From positions 15,135 through 79,134 of the IMG/VR virus record IMGVR_UViG_3300028454_000499: DNA of 64,000 nucleotides, one strand, 5' to 3'. The translations under genes and the position numbers were made by a program. The DNA is from a virus (Duplodnaviria; Caudoviricetes). Shown piece after piece: positions 19,525 to 29,235 of the stretch. The stretch's first letter is position 1; every line of letters starts with the position of its first letter. The notes under the pieces are model-generated. The model did not search any database and was not told the DNA's origin. It worked only from the letters and a program-made list of their open reading frames with translations.

Positions 19525-20592
19525 TTAGGCCGTGGGATTAACGGTCTTGGTCAAGATGAAGTGTGCACCGGTCTGTGCTCCGTGTACGATGTAGTTGGAG
19601 AAGTCCAGTACAAACTTATCCGTCAGCAGACGGTCATTGGCCAGCGGCGTTTCCGGATTGGCAATCTCGTAAACCTTCGGGCCATCGTTGAACAGCCAGA
19701 TACGGTCAATCATTTCCGTATTCAGAGCAACGATTTTGTGCGTTACCGCACCAGTCTTTTCATCGACTTCCGGCTTGATGAACGGGGTCAGCACAATGGG
19801 CAGCACACCAGTCGGCGTGTAGAAGCCGGTAACCTTTACGCCGGGCAGGATTTCTGCCTGGATTTCACGATGGTAAATCTGCCGAGCCTGTTCCTCCTTG
19901 ACCAGCACATCGTAGGTGGCCGGATTCATGGCAATGACATTCGGCATACCCTTGTAGTCAAGGCGGGCCATCATATTGGCGATTTTCGTGTTCAGCGCAT
20001 CGGAAATCGTGGTCTTATCCGCAATAGGGGATACATCGGTAATCTGGGACAGTACGCCGCAATACTCGAAGGAATCCGTTGCATCCAGAGCAGTCTTGCC
20101 GTTCCAGAAGTCGTTTGAAGTCTTACGAGCGAAATCTACAAACATATCGTTGTAGTCCTTGGCGGTCAAATCCTCAAAAGTGCCGTAATTCTTCTCCATC
20201 TGACGAGTGAAGAAGTCATAGCGGATACCGGTAGCATATGCACGGGCAAATGCCTGTTTCCAGTTATCGCGCTTGTAATCGTTGTCCAGTACCTTCGGAC
20301 GGTAAGAAGGAGCTTCCTTCGTACCAAAACCCACACGGGGGTCAATGGCTACCGTGTTCTCCGGAATTGCCATCTGCTCATTCCAAGTATGGGGATAACC
20401 CTTGGCTCGGATGGAATTTACTTTCAGACCGATGGCGAAGTCGCGCTTCAGATAATCATGGAGCACAGTGTCATACTCGCCAACGACGAGCATATGGTCC
20501 TCGTTATATACCGTAACGGGGTTACCTGCGGATTTAATCAGCGTACCGTCTACGCCGGTAGCCATAGCCGCAGCAAATTTTTCTCTAGCCAT
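19525..20592 (-). CDS. Major capsid protein
   Basis: 355 aa, after protease/scaffold, high-expression codon bias, followed by a hairpin at about 19480-19510. Confidence 0.85.
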   Translation of the reverse strand: MAREKFAAAMATGVDGTLIKSAGNPVTVYNEDHMLVVGEYDTVLHDYLKRDFAIGLKVNSIRAKGYPHTWNEQMAIPENTVAIDPRVGFGTKEAPSYRPKVLDNDYKRDNWKQAFARAYATGIRYDFFTRQMEKNYGTFEDLTAKDYNDMFVDFARKTSNDFWNGKTALDATDSFEYCGVLSQITDVSPIADKTTISDALNTKIANMMARLDYKGMPNVIAMNPATYDVLVKEEQARQIYHREIQAEILPGVKVTGFYTPTGVLPIVLTPFIKPEVDEKTGAVTHKIVALNTEMIDRIWLFNDGPKVYEIANPETPLANDRLLTDKFVLDFSNYIVHGAQTGAHFILTKTVNPTA

Positions 20593-20638
20593 GTTTCACA
20601 TCATCCTTTCCACTAAAAAAGAGCCAATCGCCAAGCGA

Positions 20639-21652
20639 TTAGCCCTGCATACGGAGTTTGGTAATCTCTTTGAGTTTATCCATGGGATTCATTGCCGATG
20701 CCTTGATTTCAGCCAGCTTGGCTTCGCGGTCATCATTACCAGTCAGCGGATTACCCTCTACATGCTGACCGGCTTTCGGCGCGGGGATTTCCTCATTAGC
20801 AGCTTTCAGCGGTTCCGGCTCCTTGCCATCTTCGCCATCCTCTGCTTCATCGCCCTTCTGCTCGGCGGCAGCCTTGATTTCATCCACGTCGTTTTTGGCC
20901 TGTTCTGCGGCTGCTTTGACTTCATCAAGGGACTTCTGAATACCCTCAATATCCTCCTTGGAAACCTGCGCTTCCAAAGAAGCCTTGATTTCGTCCTGGG
21001 CATTTTCAATGCCCTTAATGCGTTCCTCCATGGATTCGGCAACCGATGCCGCAATCTCTTTTACCAGTGCGTCCTTTTCCTCTTTCGTCATTTCCACATC
21101 ACTCCTGTTCGCTTTCGCCGCTGCCAATTTCTCAATGAACGTATCCGAGAACGCAGCGCAGTTCTGCCAAAGGATTGCACAGCCACAACCCTCAAATTTG
21201 TCCATAAAAATTACTTCTTCATCCTCATGGGTAGCCGTTGCATACCATTCGAGCGAGAATCCCAAGGAACCAGCCCCATTGAGAATCATGTATACTTCAT
21301 CCGGGTACTTCTCTTTCCAGATGACGATTTCAGCCATGAGGTTTTCCCCCTCCGCATGAACTTCGCGGATATAACCGATGTTTACATTGCCATGGTCAGA
21401 AAACAGTTCGTCGGTATCCTCGTACCAATCTGGATATACGCAGTTCAGCGGCATCCCCACAAAGGACTGACCGCAAGCCTCAATGGATTCCTGCGTAAAG
21501 ACCACACGCTTGCCACCGGCACCACAGGGCGAACCAGTAGAAGCCTTGCCAATCGTGGCAATACAGCCGGTGACAATCATCTTATGGGCTTCCGTGGACA
21601 TCACAATGTTAGAGAGCGATGCTTCAATCTTTGTCTTTTTCGTTGCTATCAC
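20639..21652 (-). CDS. Prohead protease / scaffold fusion
   Basis: N-terminal protease-like region (HG...IGYI, LGFSLE) plus acidic coiled-coil C-terminus; between portal and capsid. Confidence 0.7.
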   Translation of the reverse strand: MIATKKTKIEASLSNIVMSTEAHKMIVTGCIATIGKASTGSPCGAGGKRVVFTQESIEACGQSFVGMPLNCVYPDWYEDTDELFSDHGNVNIGYIREVHAEGENLMAEIVIWKEKYPDEVYMILNGAGSLGFSLEWYATATHEDEEVIFMDKFEGCGCAILWQNCAAFSDTFIEKLAAAKANRSDVEMTKEEKDALVKEIAASVAESMEERIKGIENAQDEIKASLEAQVSKEDIEGIQKSLDEVKAAAEQAKNDVDEIKAAAEQKGDEAEDGEDGKEPEPLKAANEEIPAPKAGQHVEGNPLTGNDDREAKLAEIKASAMNPMDKLKEITKLRMQG

Positions 21653-22937
21653 CCCCTTCTGTATCGGTAGTGTCCTTTATACCCCCATTCCCGTTGAATC
21701 CACCGGCAATACCAAGGTCAACATTGATATTCGCCGTTTTCTCCGGGTAGGTCATATTGGCATAATCCGAAGTGCTTTCCTCGTAGCCCATGATTCTGCG
21801 GACTTCGTTCTCCGTAAGCACTCCCTTGTAATATTCATCCACCACACGCTTAGACTTGATGGACTTCTGATTTTCCGAATCCTCGAAGATATACCGGAAC
21901 TTCAATACACCGCCAAGCCCCATGTTGGCAATCACATAGTTGTTGTACAAATCCTCCATCATCGCCGCATACGGCTTGATAAGTTCCTGCAACATGGCAT
22001 TTTCCTGGTCCTCACCGGTGCTCCTGTCGTTAGCGATGACCAGACCGAGTTTTTCTGGAGGAATACCAAACGCCACGCCGACAATCTGTGTCAGCTTTTC
22101 CAGCCATTGCAGATACAGACCATCGCTGTTGATTGCCTTAATCTGCTTGGTTTCTACAGACTTTGAACCGGCCACCACAGGGATGCGCCCCGTACCTTCG
22201 ATTTCATTTTTCATATACTCGATGAATTTCTCCCTCTGCTCCGAGGTAACCCCTTCACCAAGGGAAATCAAAAATTCTGCCGTGGCATTTGTAGCCTTGT
22301 CGTTGGCCTGTTCGATGGAATCCAGGTAGAACTTCACATACTGATAAGCCATCATTATCGGCGATAAGCCGTATGGCTGATAAGTGAAATAAGACCGCTG
22401 CATATAGGCAATGTCCTTGGCGGTAAAATACTTCATGCCGTCAGATTGCTGCTGCATATACCGTGCGGCGTTATCGTCCGTGTAATCATACGGAACGACC
22501 ATCTGAATGGTGCTGCCATCCACCGGATAAAGGTATACCGGATGTTTGGCTGACCGTGCTTTAGCCACTTCCGCACACATGGCATCGAGTACCATGGCAT
22601 CGTCCAAGAGCCGCTTGGTAAACGAACTGCGGCTGTCCACGAGATTCGGATGCTCGATGCAATTCTGAATCGCCGCGATTTCTCTCACCCTCTTGCCCCG
22701 GCCACCGATTACTTCAATGGTATAAGGCTGACGAGCCAAAGCATCCTGCACAATGGTTATCGCTTTCCGAACTATGGGGTCACGGCTGAAATTCCGTAAC
22801 TGCCGCACCGTAGGATTCTTGGGGAGCACCGACTTGTGCTTTTTGTCCCGTGGAATCCAGCTCATATAAGTCTGATTCGGAAGAAGCCTTGCGAGAGGGC
22901 TTTTGCTTGCCAAATATCGTTTTACCTTGTCAAACAA
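21624..22937 (-). CDS. Portal protein
   Basis: LYPVDGSTI, YGLSPI, AFGIPPEKLG, LTENEVR motifs. Confidence 0.9.
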   Translation of the reverse strand: MFDKVKRYLASKSPLARLLPNQTYMSWIPRDKKHKSVLPKNPTVRQLRNFSRDPIVRKAITIVQDALARQPYTIEVIGGRGKRVREIAAIQNCIEHPNLVDSRSSFTKRLLDDAMVLDAMCAEVAKARSAKHPVYLYPVDGSTIQMVVPYDYTDDNAARYMQQQSDGMKYFTAKDIAYMQRSYFTYQPYGLSPIMMAYQYVKFYLDSIEQANDKATNATAEFLISLGEGVTSEQREKFIEYMKNEIEGTGRIPVVAGSKSVETKQIKAINSDGLYLQWLEKLTQIVGVAFGIPPEKLGLVIANDRSTGEDQENAMLQELIKPYAAMMEDLYNNYVIANMGLGGVLKFRYIFEDSENQKSIKSKRVVDEYYKGVLTENEVRRIMGYEESTSDYANMTYPEKTANINVDLGIAGGFNGNGGIKDTTDTEGGDSNEKDKD

Positions 22938-22952
22938 TTTTTCTCACCCCTC

Positions 22953-24581
22953 TCACCGAAAAAATCCGAATGGGGAATTTCCCATCCGGTTCCTGTTCGT
23001 ATTCATTTTCACTCCACCGGTTTCTATACTGCCGAAGGAGAAATTTGCTGCCGATGTTTCAAGCAATGGTTTCAATGCCATTTCCAGACAGTCCGGACCA
23101 TCATCGTGTCCCTTCGGATAATTCCGCAGCTGACTAAGAAGCACCTTCTGGCCGGCCTTAAATTTGATGTGTCCCTGCCGGACATGAGGTACAAGGCTTT
23201 CGATACGAGCAATCTTGCTGTCCCCATTGGTATGGTATACGTCAATCCATTCCAGATAAATCCCTGCCTGTACCAGTTCACGCTGCAAAGTCGAAGAAAA
23301 GAACAACTGCATCTGATTGGTTTCACAGACAATCTTCGGCTTGTATGTGTAATACTTTGCGATTATCTCTTTGGCATCCTCGATGATTTCCTCTGGCCGC
23401 CGTTTTTTGAGGTCGGCTTCCAAAACATAGAAATAATTGTCAGCGCACCGTGCCACAGCAACGATAGCCGAATAGTCATTTATGCGCTTACCACCGATGG
23501 CCGGGTCAATCGCAATGCAGATTTCCTTGATTTCCGGACAATCCACGTACCGGTTGTTTTCCAGCCACTCCGTCTTGAATGTCCGTGTGTTCTCCGTCTG
23601 TGGGTCATTCTGGAACTCACTTGCGAACCCTTCCTCCGATGCAATCCTGCGCTCCATCAGATGTTCGTACATATCTGCCCGCTGATTCGGCCAGAGGACT
23701 TCCGTGCCGGCCAGCATTTCTTCCTTATGCTCACGGTAAAACGCCATGGCATCCGTATAAGCATGGTCACCACGGGATAAATCCGTCATTATAGTTTCCC
23801 ACTCTGCCCACAAAGGACTATCGGAAAACTTGATGACCGCCTGGAACGTCTTGCGAACCCACGAGGAATACTCACCATCATTCAGCATATGGTAAAGCAG
23901 GGCATCGTAGGAAAGCACCGTGCCAATGTAAAAGAACGAGCACGTTGGGCAGCCCATCGGCATCACATCCGAGTTGAACCACTGTTTAAGTGAGGCGTTC
24001 TGCGAGGGACTTGCCACCTGCTCTGCCGTTTCCAAGTCATCTAAGATTACCAGGTCCGGGCGAGTGCTATTAAACTTCATCCCGCGCATCTGCGCCCCTG
24101 CGCCCTTCGACGTAAGGAACACCTTATTTCGCGTGTAGATTTCGTTGGAATTCCAAATATCGTCATTCTTCATTTCCCCGAAATCATTTTTGATTCGCTC
24201 GTTGAACTCCAGTTCGTTGCGAATGTCGATGATGAACTGCTTGGCTACCGGCCCCGTTGCCGAAATAATCACGATGAAGTGCTTATATCCATAGCAAATG
24301 CACCATATAACAAAAGCGAATGAAATCAGCGTTGACTTCGCATGGCCACGCGGAGCAGCCACAACATTTCTGGTTTCCTCGTCGCTGTGATTCAGAACCA
24401 CATCCTCAACCTTCCGAATCAGCCAAAGATGAAACTTCTCCGACCACTCGGACTTGAAAGAATCTGCAAGATAATACTCGCAGAACCGCTTGAAATCATG
24501 GGCGCAAATATCACGCATACTCTGGTCGCCCCCTTCTCTACGAAGGGTCCCGCCAAAAATCTGCTTCATTGCGTTTGCCAC
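22953..24581 (-). CDS. terL: Terminase large subunit
   Basis: APRGHAKST Walker A, RPDLVILDDLE Walker B, AIDPA and HDDGPD nuclease motifs. Confidence 0.93.
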   Translation of the reverse strand: MANAMKQIFGGTLRREGGDQSMRDICAHDFKRFCEYYLADSFKSEWSEKFHLWLIRKVEDVVLNHSDEETRNVVAAPRGHAKSTLISFAFVIWCICYGYKHFIVIISATGPVAKQFIIDIRNELEFNERIKNDFGEMKNDDIWNSNEIYTRNKVFLTSKGAGAQMRGMKFNSTRPDLVILDDLETAEQVASPSQNASLKQWFNSDVMPMGCPTCSFFYIGTVLSYDALLYHMLNDGEYSSWVRKTFQAVIKFSDSPLWAEWETIMTDLSRGDHAYTDAMAFYREHKEEMLAGTEVLWPNQRADMYEHLMERRIASEEGFASEFQNDPQTENTRTFKTEWLENNRYVDCPEIKEICIAIDPAIGGKRINDYSAIVAVARCADNYFYVLEADLKKRRPEEIIEDAKEIIAKYYTYKPKIVCETNQMQLFFSSTLQRELVQAGIYLEWIDVYHTNGDSKIARIESLVPHVRQGHIKFKAGQKVLLSQLRNYPKGHDDGPDCLEMALKPLLETSAANFSFGSIETGGVKMNTNRNRMGNSPFGFFR

Positions 24582-24659
24582 GAAATCACCTGCTTTTGCA
24601 CCGTTATACAGTTATACCATTACAGTGTTATAACGGTATACCATTATAGCGGTATAATG

Positions 24660-25619
24660 TTATTCGATTTTATATTTACGATAATGCTCCTGTATCTTCC
24701 GCAGCCGAGCCTTGGAAAACGCCGGATGCTTCGTATACCAGTCGGTTAATGGGAGCAGCCCCTTACCTCCATTGCACTCCACGCAAGCAGGTACAATGTT
24801 TTCGATAAGGTCAACTTTTTCCGGTGCCGTCTTGCTCATTACCGATTGCGGCACCAGATGTTCGGGGATAAGCGCAGCGTGCTCCTTTCCGCAGTAAGCA
24901 CACCGATACCCGAACTCTTTTTTTATCCGTTCCCATTCCACCGTATTGCCAAAGACACCATTGAGGGAAATCCATCGCCCGGTCTGACAGCGGATAATCG
25001 TTTTGGATTCCACGCCAACCACGAACTCCGTCATTACCTCCAGCGGTATATGCTCCAGCAGCCATTCCTTGACCGTGATGTTGATTTTCGATGAATACGG
25101 CACGGCAATCCCATACCATTCCCCCACGGCCTCGTAGAAATCCCTCGGTCTGTTACCGGGAACCGCAGCCAAAAACCGCGACATCAGATTGTCAAAGGTA
25201 TACCGCGGATTCACAAACGGCTTTACCACCCCGGACTGCATTAAAAGTCCTTTGAGGTCACTTAGCTGCTTGCCAACGCTGTCCACCGCAATCTCATGGC
25301 GGCTTTCCTGCGTAAGCAGCGGTAAAACATCATGGGTAACCCACCGCTGATACGCCTTTGCTCCTTCCTTGCGGCTGCTGAAAATCAGCCGGTAGATACC
25401 TGGAAGGCTCACGGCGTTCATTTTCTGCGGTCCTCCAGAGGTTTCCATGGTTATCGTCCTGCGTTCATCCGCATCAAGCCGGGATACTGCATCACGACTG
25501 TTATGAATATCCAACGCCTCGCATACGTCTTTTGCAACGTACCACCGCAGAGGCCCAATTTTCTGGCTCCGGACATTCTCAAAAATATCCGCGCCAAACA
25601 TGAGAATGTTATCGTTCAT
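24660..25619 (-). CDS. Bro-N (antirepressor-like) domain fused to a C-terminal HNH endonuclease
   Basis: WYVAKDVCEAL...YQRWVTHDVLP; CAYCG...EHLVP...NIVPACVECNGGKG. Confidence 0.85.
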   Translation of the reverse strand: MNDNILMFGADIFENVRSQKIGPLRWYVAKDVCEALDIHNSRDAVSRLDADERRTITMETSGGPQKMNAVSLPGIYRLIFSSRKEGAKAYQRWVTHDVLPLLTQESRHEIAVDSVGKQLSDLKGLLMQSGVVKPFVNPRYTFDNLMSRFLAAVPGNRPRDFYEAVGEWYGIAVPYSSKINITVKEWLLEHIPLEVMTEFVVGVESKTIIRCQTGRWISLNGVFGNTVEWERIKKEFGYRCAYCGKEHAALIPEHLVPQSVMSKTAPEKVDLIENIVPACVECNGGKGLLPLTDWYTKHPAFSKARLRKIQEHYRKYKIE

Positions 25620-25757
25620 CGTGTCTTATGATTGAAAATCTCTTTTTTCGCCCACCGCTTATCATCACGGTCTTTCACATGACGGCGAAGGTCTTTCGCT
25701 TTCTTGACATGACGCGGATGGCGTTCCTTTTCTTCCATGCTCATTTTCGATTTCTCC

Positions 25758-26399
25758 TTACAAATTACTCGGCGCAATCTTCCGTAACGATTCAATCAGC
25801 ATCGGATTCTCGCGGAACGCCCGCATGATTTCATCGTAAGATTCACTGTCCAAACGTACCCGAAGAATATCATTGATGATATTCATAGCTTTCTCTACGG
25901 TCTTATAGCAGTACACCTTCTCCTGGATTGCTCCAATCTCGGAAGAAAGCGTTTGTTGCCGTAGGGTCATCTTATCGAGCATATCAATGACCTGCTTCAA
26001 ATCTGAAACCTCTACATCACCATTGCCCACCCTGCGGTCAAGTTCATCAAGTTCAACCGAAATAATGTCCACGGCGTTGTTCACGAGGTTCAGTGCCTTT
26101 ACCTTAGTGCCATACACATTTACCACCTGTTCATCGGTGGGAGCCGTGATGTCACCGCCAAGCCCCTTGTCCCTGCACCACCGGGCAATCGTGTTGTGAG
26201 AAATCTTGTAACCGTTGGGAATCAGATTCCCTTCGTTGATTTCCTTCGTAATGTCCCGGTAACTCTTGCCCTTCATCCGCTTATCGCGGATAAGTTCACC
26301 CAGACCAAACTGTTCTACCAAAGAACCTGTTGCACCATTGGTGTGCATACGATCCGGGGCTTTGTATCCCGGTGGCGGGGCAGGATGATTCCTTGCCAT
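25758..26399 (-). CDS. Probable terminase small subunit (HTH plus coiled coil)
   Basis: N-terminal HTH (KSYRDIT...SHNTIARW), helical C-terminus, upstream of terL. Confidence 0.6.
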   Translation of the reverse strand: MARNHPAPPPGYKAPDRMHTNGATGSLVEQFGLGELIRDKRMKGKSYRDITKEINEGNLIPNGYKISHNTIARWCRDKGLGGDITAPTDEQVVNVYGTKVKALNLVNNAVDIISVELDELDRRVGNGDVEVSDLKQVIDMLDKMTLRQQTLSSEIGAIQEKVYCYKTVEKAMNIINDILRVRLDSESYDEIMRAFRENPMLIESLRKIAPSNL

Positions 26400-26538
26400 A
26401 CCGAACACTCCTTATCTTCTTTGTATAAAAAAAGAGCAAGTGCCGCAGCACTCGCCCCTCGCCGTTCCCCGCAGGTACTAAGCTACTATTTTTACACCAT
26501 TATGCCATTGTAACGCTATACCATTACACAGGTATATA

Positions 26539-27126
26539 TTAGTTAATCCATTTGATTTCCGTGGGGCCTTTGTAACCCTTTTCCCAAACAAACCACGCAT
26601 ATGCGACAGCTGAATTATACGGATAGGAAACAAAATCACCATTTTTAGCACAATTCAACCGCGAAGAACTTACATATACAGTTCGTGGAGGATTTTCTTC
26701 AAAGAATTTCTTGCGTGCCTTCCCTTCCAAGAAAAGCAACTTCAAAAACATTGCCACCTTATTCCCTGCTGGTACTGCCTCCAATGACGCCTTCACAAAA
26801 TCTAAAGCAATCTTGTATGGAGGATTCGTAACAATATCTCCGTCAAACTTATTCTGATTGGCGACGAAATCATAGCTATCTTTTTCACCATAGCCACGCC
26901 ACACTAAGTCAGTGGCCTTAACATTATAACCATGTTCCTCCAAGACCATCGCAATATGTCCTGCGCCGCAAGCTGGTTCCCAGATATTCTCAGAAAATTT
27001 CTCCTGTTCCAGCAAAAGCTCTACGGCCTTTGGCTCGGTAGCATAAAAATCATCTTTTTGTCGTTCACCCAGACTATGATTAGAAGCACCTAAGCCTGCT
27101 AACGCAATACTGCCATCTTTAGCTAT
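26539..27126 (-). CDS. Phage DNA adenine methyltransferase (start uncertain)
   Basis: WEPACGAGHI and TNPPY motifs. The frame stays open upstream of TTG 27015 through GASNH...DFYAT; the only start fitting the AGGAG SD is ATA 27126. Confidence 0.75.
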   Translation of the reverse strand: MAKDGSIALAGLGASNHSLGERQKDDFYATEPKAVELLLEQEKFSENIWEPACGAGHIAMVLEEHGYNVKATDLVWRGYGEKDSYDFVANQNKFDGDIVTNPPYKIALDFVKASLEAVPAGNKVAMFLKLLFLEGKARKKFFEENPPRTVYVSSSRLNCAKNGDFVSYPYNSAVAYAWFVWEKGYKGPTEIKWIN

Positions 27127-27185
27127 TTCGCAACACTCCTTACTAACACATGTATAACTTTATACCATTACACAATTATAATGGC

Positions 27186-27393
27186 GTTTTATTCAGAATC
27201 GGCAGGAGAAGGAATTGCACCTCCAGCATCACCGATGCACCGTTCTACATACGCTCCCACCATAAGGGGGCTTTCGCCCCATAACCTGTTTATGGCCACA
27301 GGCAAGACCTCTGCAATCAAACCTCCAACACATTGCAGCCCCCAGTTTCGTATGGGGTTTTCCGACCACGAGCAGGGGAACACCGAATAAAAC
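27186..27393 (-). ncRNA. Putative ~208-nt structured RNA containing a 61-nt tRNA-like module (27201-27261)
   Basis: Closing 9-bp stem, four hairpins including GGGGC-GAAA-GCCCC, then a cloverleaf with 7-bp acceptor and 5-bp/7-nt T-arm. Confidence 0.6.
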
Positions 27394-29050
27394 AACCACT
27401 AGCGCGAACGCCTGTCTGAAATACTCTGCGAACCCTTGTCCTCTTGTGGCATCGAGGGACGGTAGCTACGTCTTTCAACATTGCAACGGTATACCATTGT
27501 AATGGCGTACCTGTATACCTGTGCTAATTTTTATTGACACATGGTTATTATAATGGTCACCTATGGTAAAAAAAAGAATCCATAGATACCAGTGGTATAC
27601 CAAGTATACCCAAGTAACTTCCAAGGATTTAACCAAGGATAAAAGCGGTAAAGGTATGAGCAACGCGAATACCAAGTGAGCGAAGCGAACTTCAAACCAT
27701 CGAACACCAATGTATACTATGTTGCCCCCTACCCCCACATATAATACGAAAATGGGCACTTTTCGCAACCCTATTTTGGAAAAAAAATGAAAAAAATTTT
27801 TCCAAGCCCCTCCGGAGGGCATTTTCAGCGCTGAAATCCAAGGCTGCCACAAAGTCACTCCCCAGAATCGCCTCTAAGGTACTTCCAAGAATTTTCCCAG
27901 GGAAACTATCGCGGAACTCAAAACAGCCACCTTAGAACCGATGTGAGGGATTCGGCGGGCATTGGTCATTCCAAAGACCTCAAAGCTGCCTACGGTATTC
28001 TATGTATATACCTATGAGAAAAATACAGAAAATTTTTCACACGGTTGGTTTCAAGATTTTCAAGAGCGCATTGGTTAGATTCTTCGCACCCCCGGTGTAT
28101 CTCACTCGATTTCCCACGGTACGCTTGGTTTCAAAGGCGTTTGTACGGTCATCTATGGTGCTCTATGAAGAAAATCACTGTATCACCGGCTTCTTCACTT
28201 ATGCAGCAAGGGCTGACAAGGTTTTTCACAGGTATTCTATGTACATTCTTCCTGTATCACACCCAACGAAGCCTTATGGGACAAGGGATGACAAGGTTTT
28301 TACTATGAAAAAATTTGAAAATGGCGCGGATACGAACTTAGGACTATGCCCGCCCCGGATTCCCCAACGTTTGCGCCATTGGTAGGGATTTTTGCACCCC
28401 TGCCACCCTAAGAAGGAACGAAAACGGCTGCCACCGCCAAAAAAAGCACATCACAGGCACTTTTTGACCTCCCCACAACACAAAACGCCGTCAAGCCACG
28501 CCCTGCAAGGCTTCACGCCACCTATAAAAATATGACTTTATATGTATATAGTCACTTTTTACAGGGTAAAACGTCCCTTTTTTCCTATATTTTGCCATAT
28601 AATCCACCTAAAAAGCCCATAAACGCAAAAAAAGTAACCGCCTATACACTTATTCCTATTTACCATTACAAGGCTATTGCAGGGAAAATATGGGCGAATA
28701 AACCGCCTTTAATCGTTGGTATGGTATTTTTGCTTTGTTCTTTTCCATGTATCCCCTATGTAAAATCCTTATAAATCCCATTGTATCCCTATGTAATTTC
28801 TATTTTTCCCCTATGTTCTCCCCTCCTCCTGCTCATATGCAACGCCCTGGCGCTCATATTTTGCCTATATAATGTAGTTTTTATGTATTACTATGTTTTC
28901 CCTATTCTCTCCCATAATGTGACTTTATATAACTTTGCGCCGTCATCGCTGCCACTGTGACAATTTTTTTTAACACTGCAAAGCCACGCCCTGCAAGGGC
29001 TGACAGTGCTATTATAATAATTAAAATGACTTTTTATAAAAATAATGCTT

Positions 29051-29079
29051 GACTTTGTGTTTTAATAGGCGTAATATAT
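29051..29079 (+). promoter_or_regulatory. Promoter of the early plus-strand gene array
   Basis: TTGACT-17 bp-TAATAT upstream of the first early ORF. Confidence 0.5.
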
Positions 29080-29235
29080 GACTTGTCAAAAGGAAAACAA
29101 CAAAACACCGACCTACACCGTGGGACTTATCGCCGTAACTGTCAAAAGGGAGGGATTAAAGCCACAACGTAGCGGCAAAGTAGGGTTTACCAATGACAAG
29201 CCGATATTAACCAACGTTTTATAGGGGGTAAAAAA

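Noticed and set aside
27201-27261. Calling the tRNA-like element a functional tRNA
   Set aside because: The anticodon arm has only a 3-5 nt loop and the D-arm is truncated, so it cannot be assigned an amino acid.
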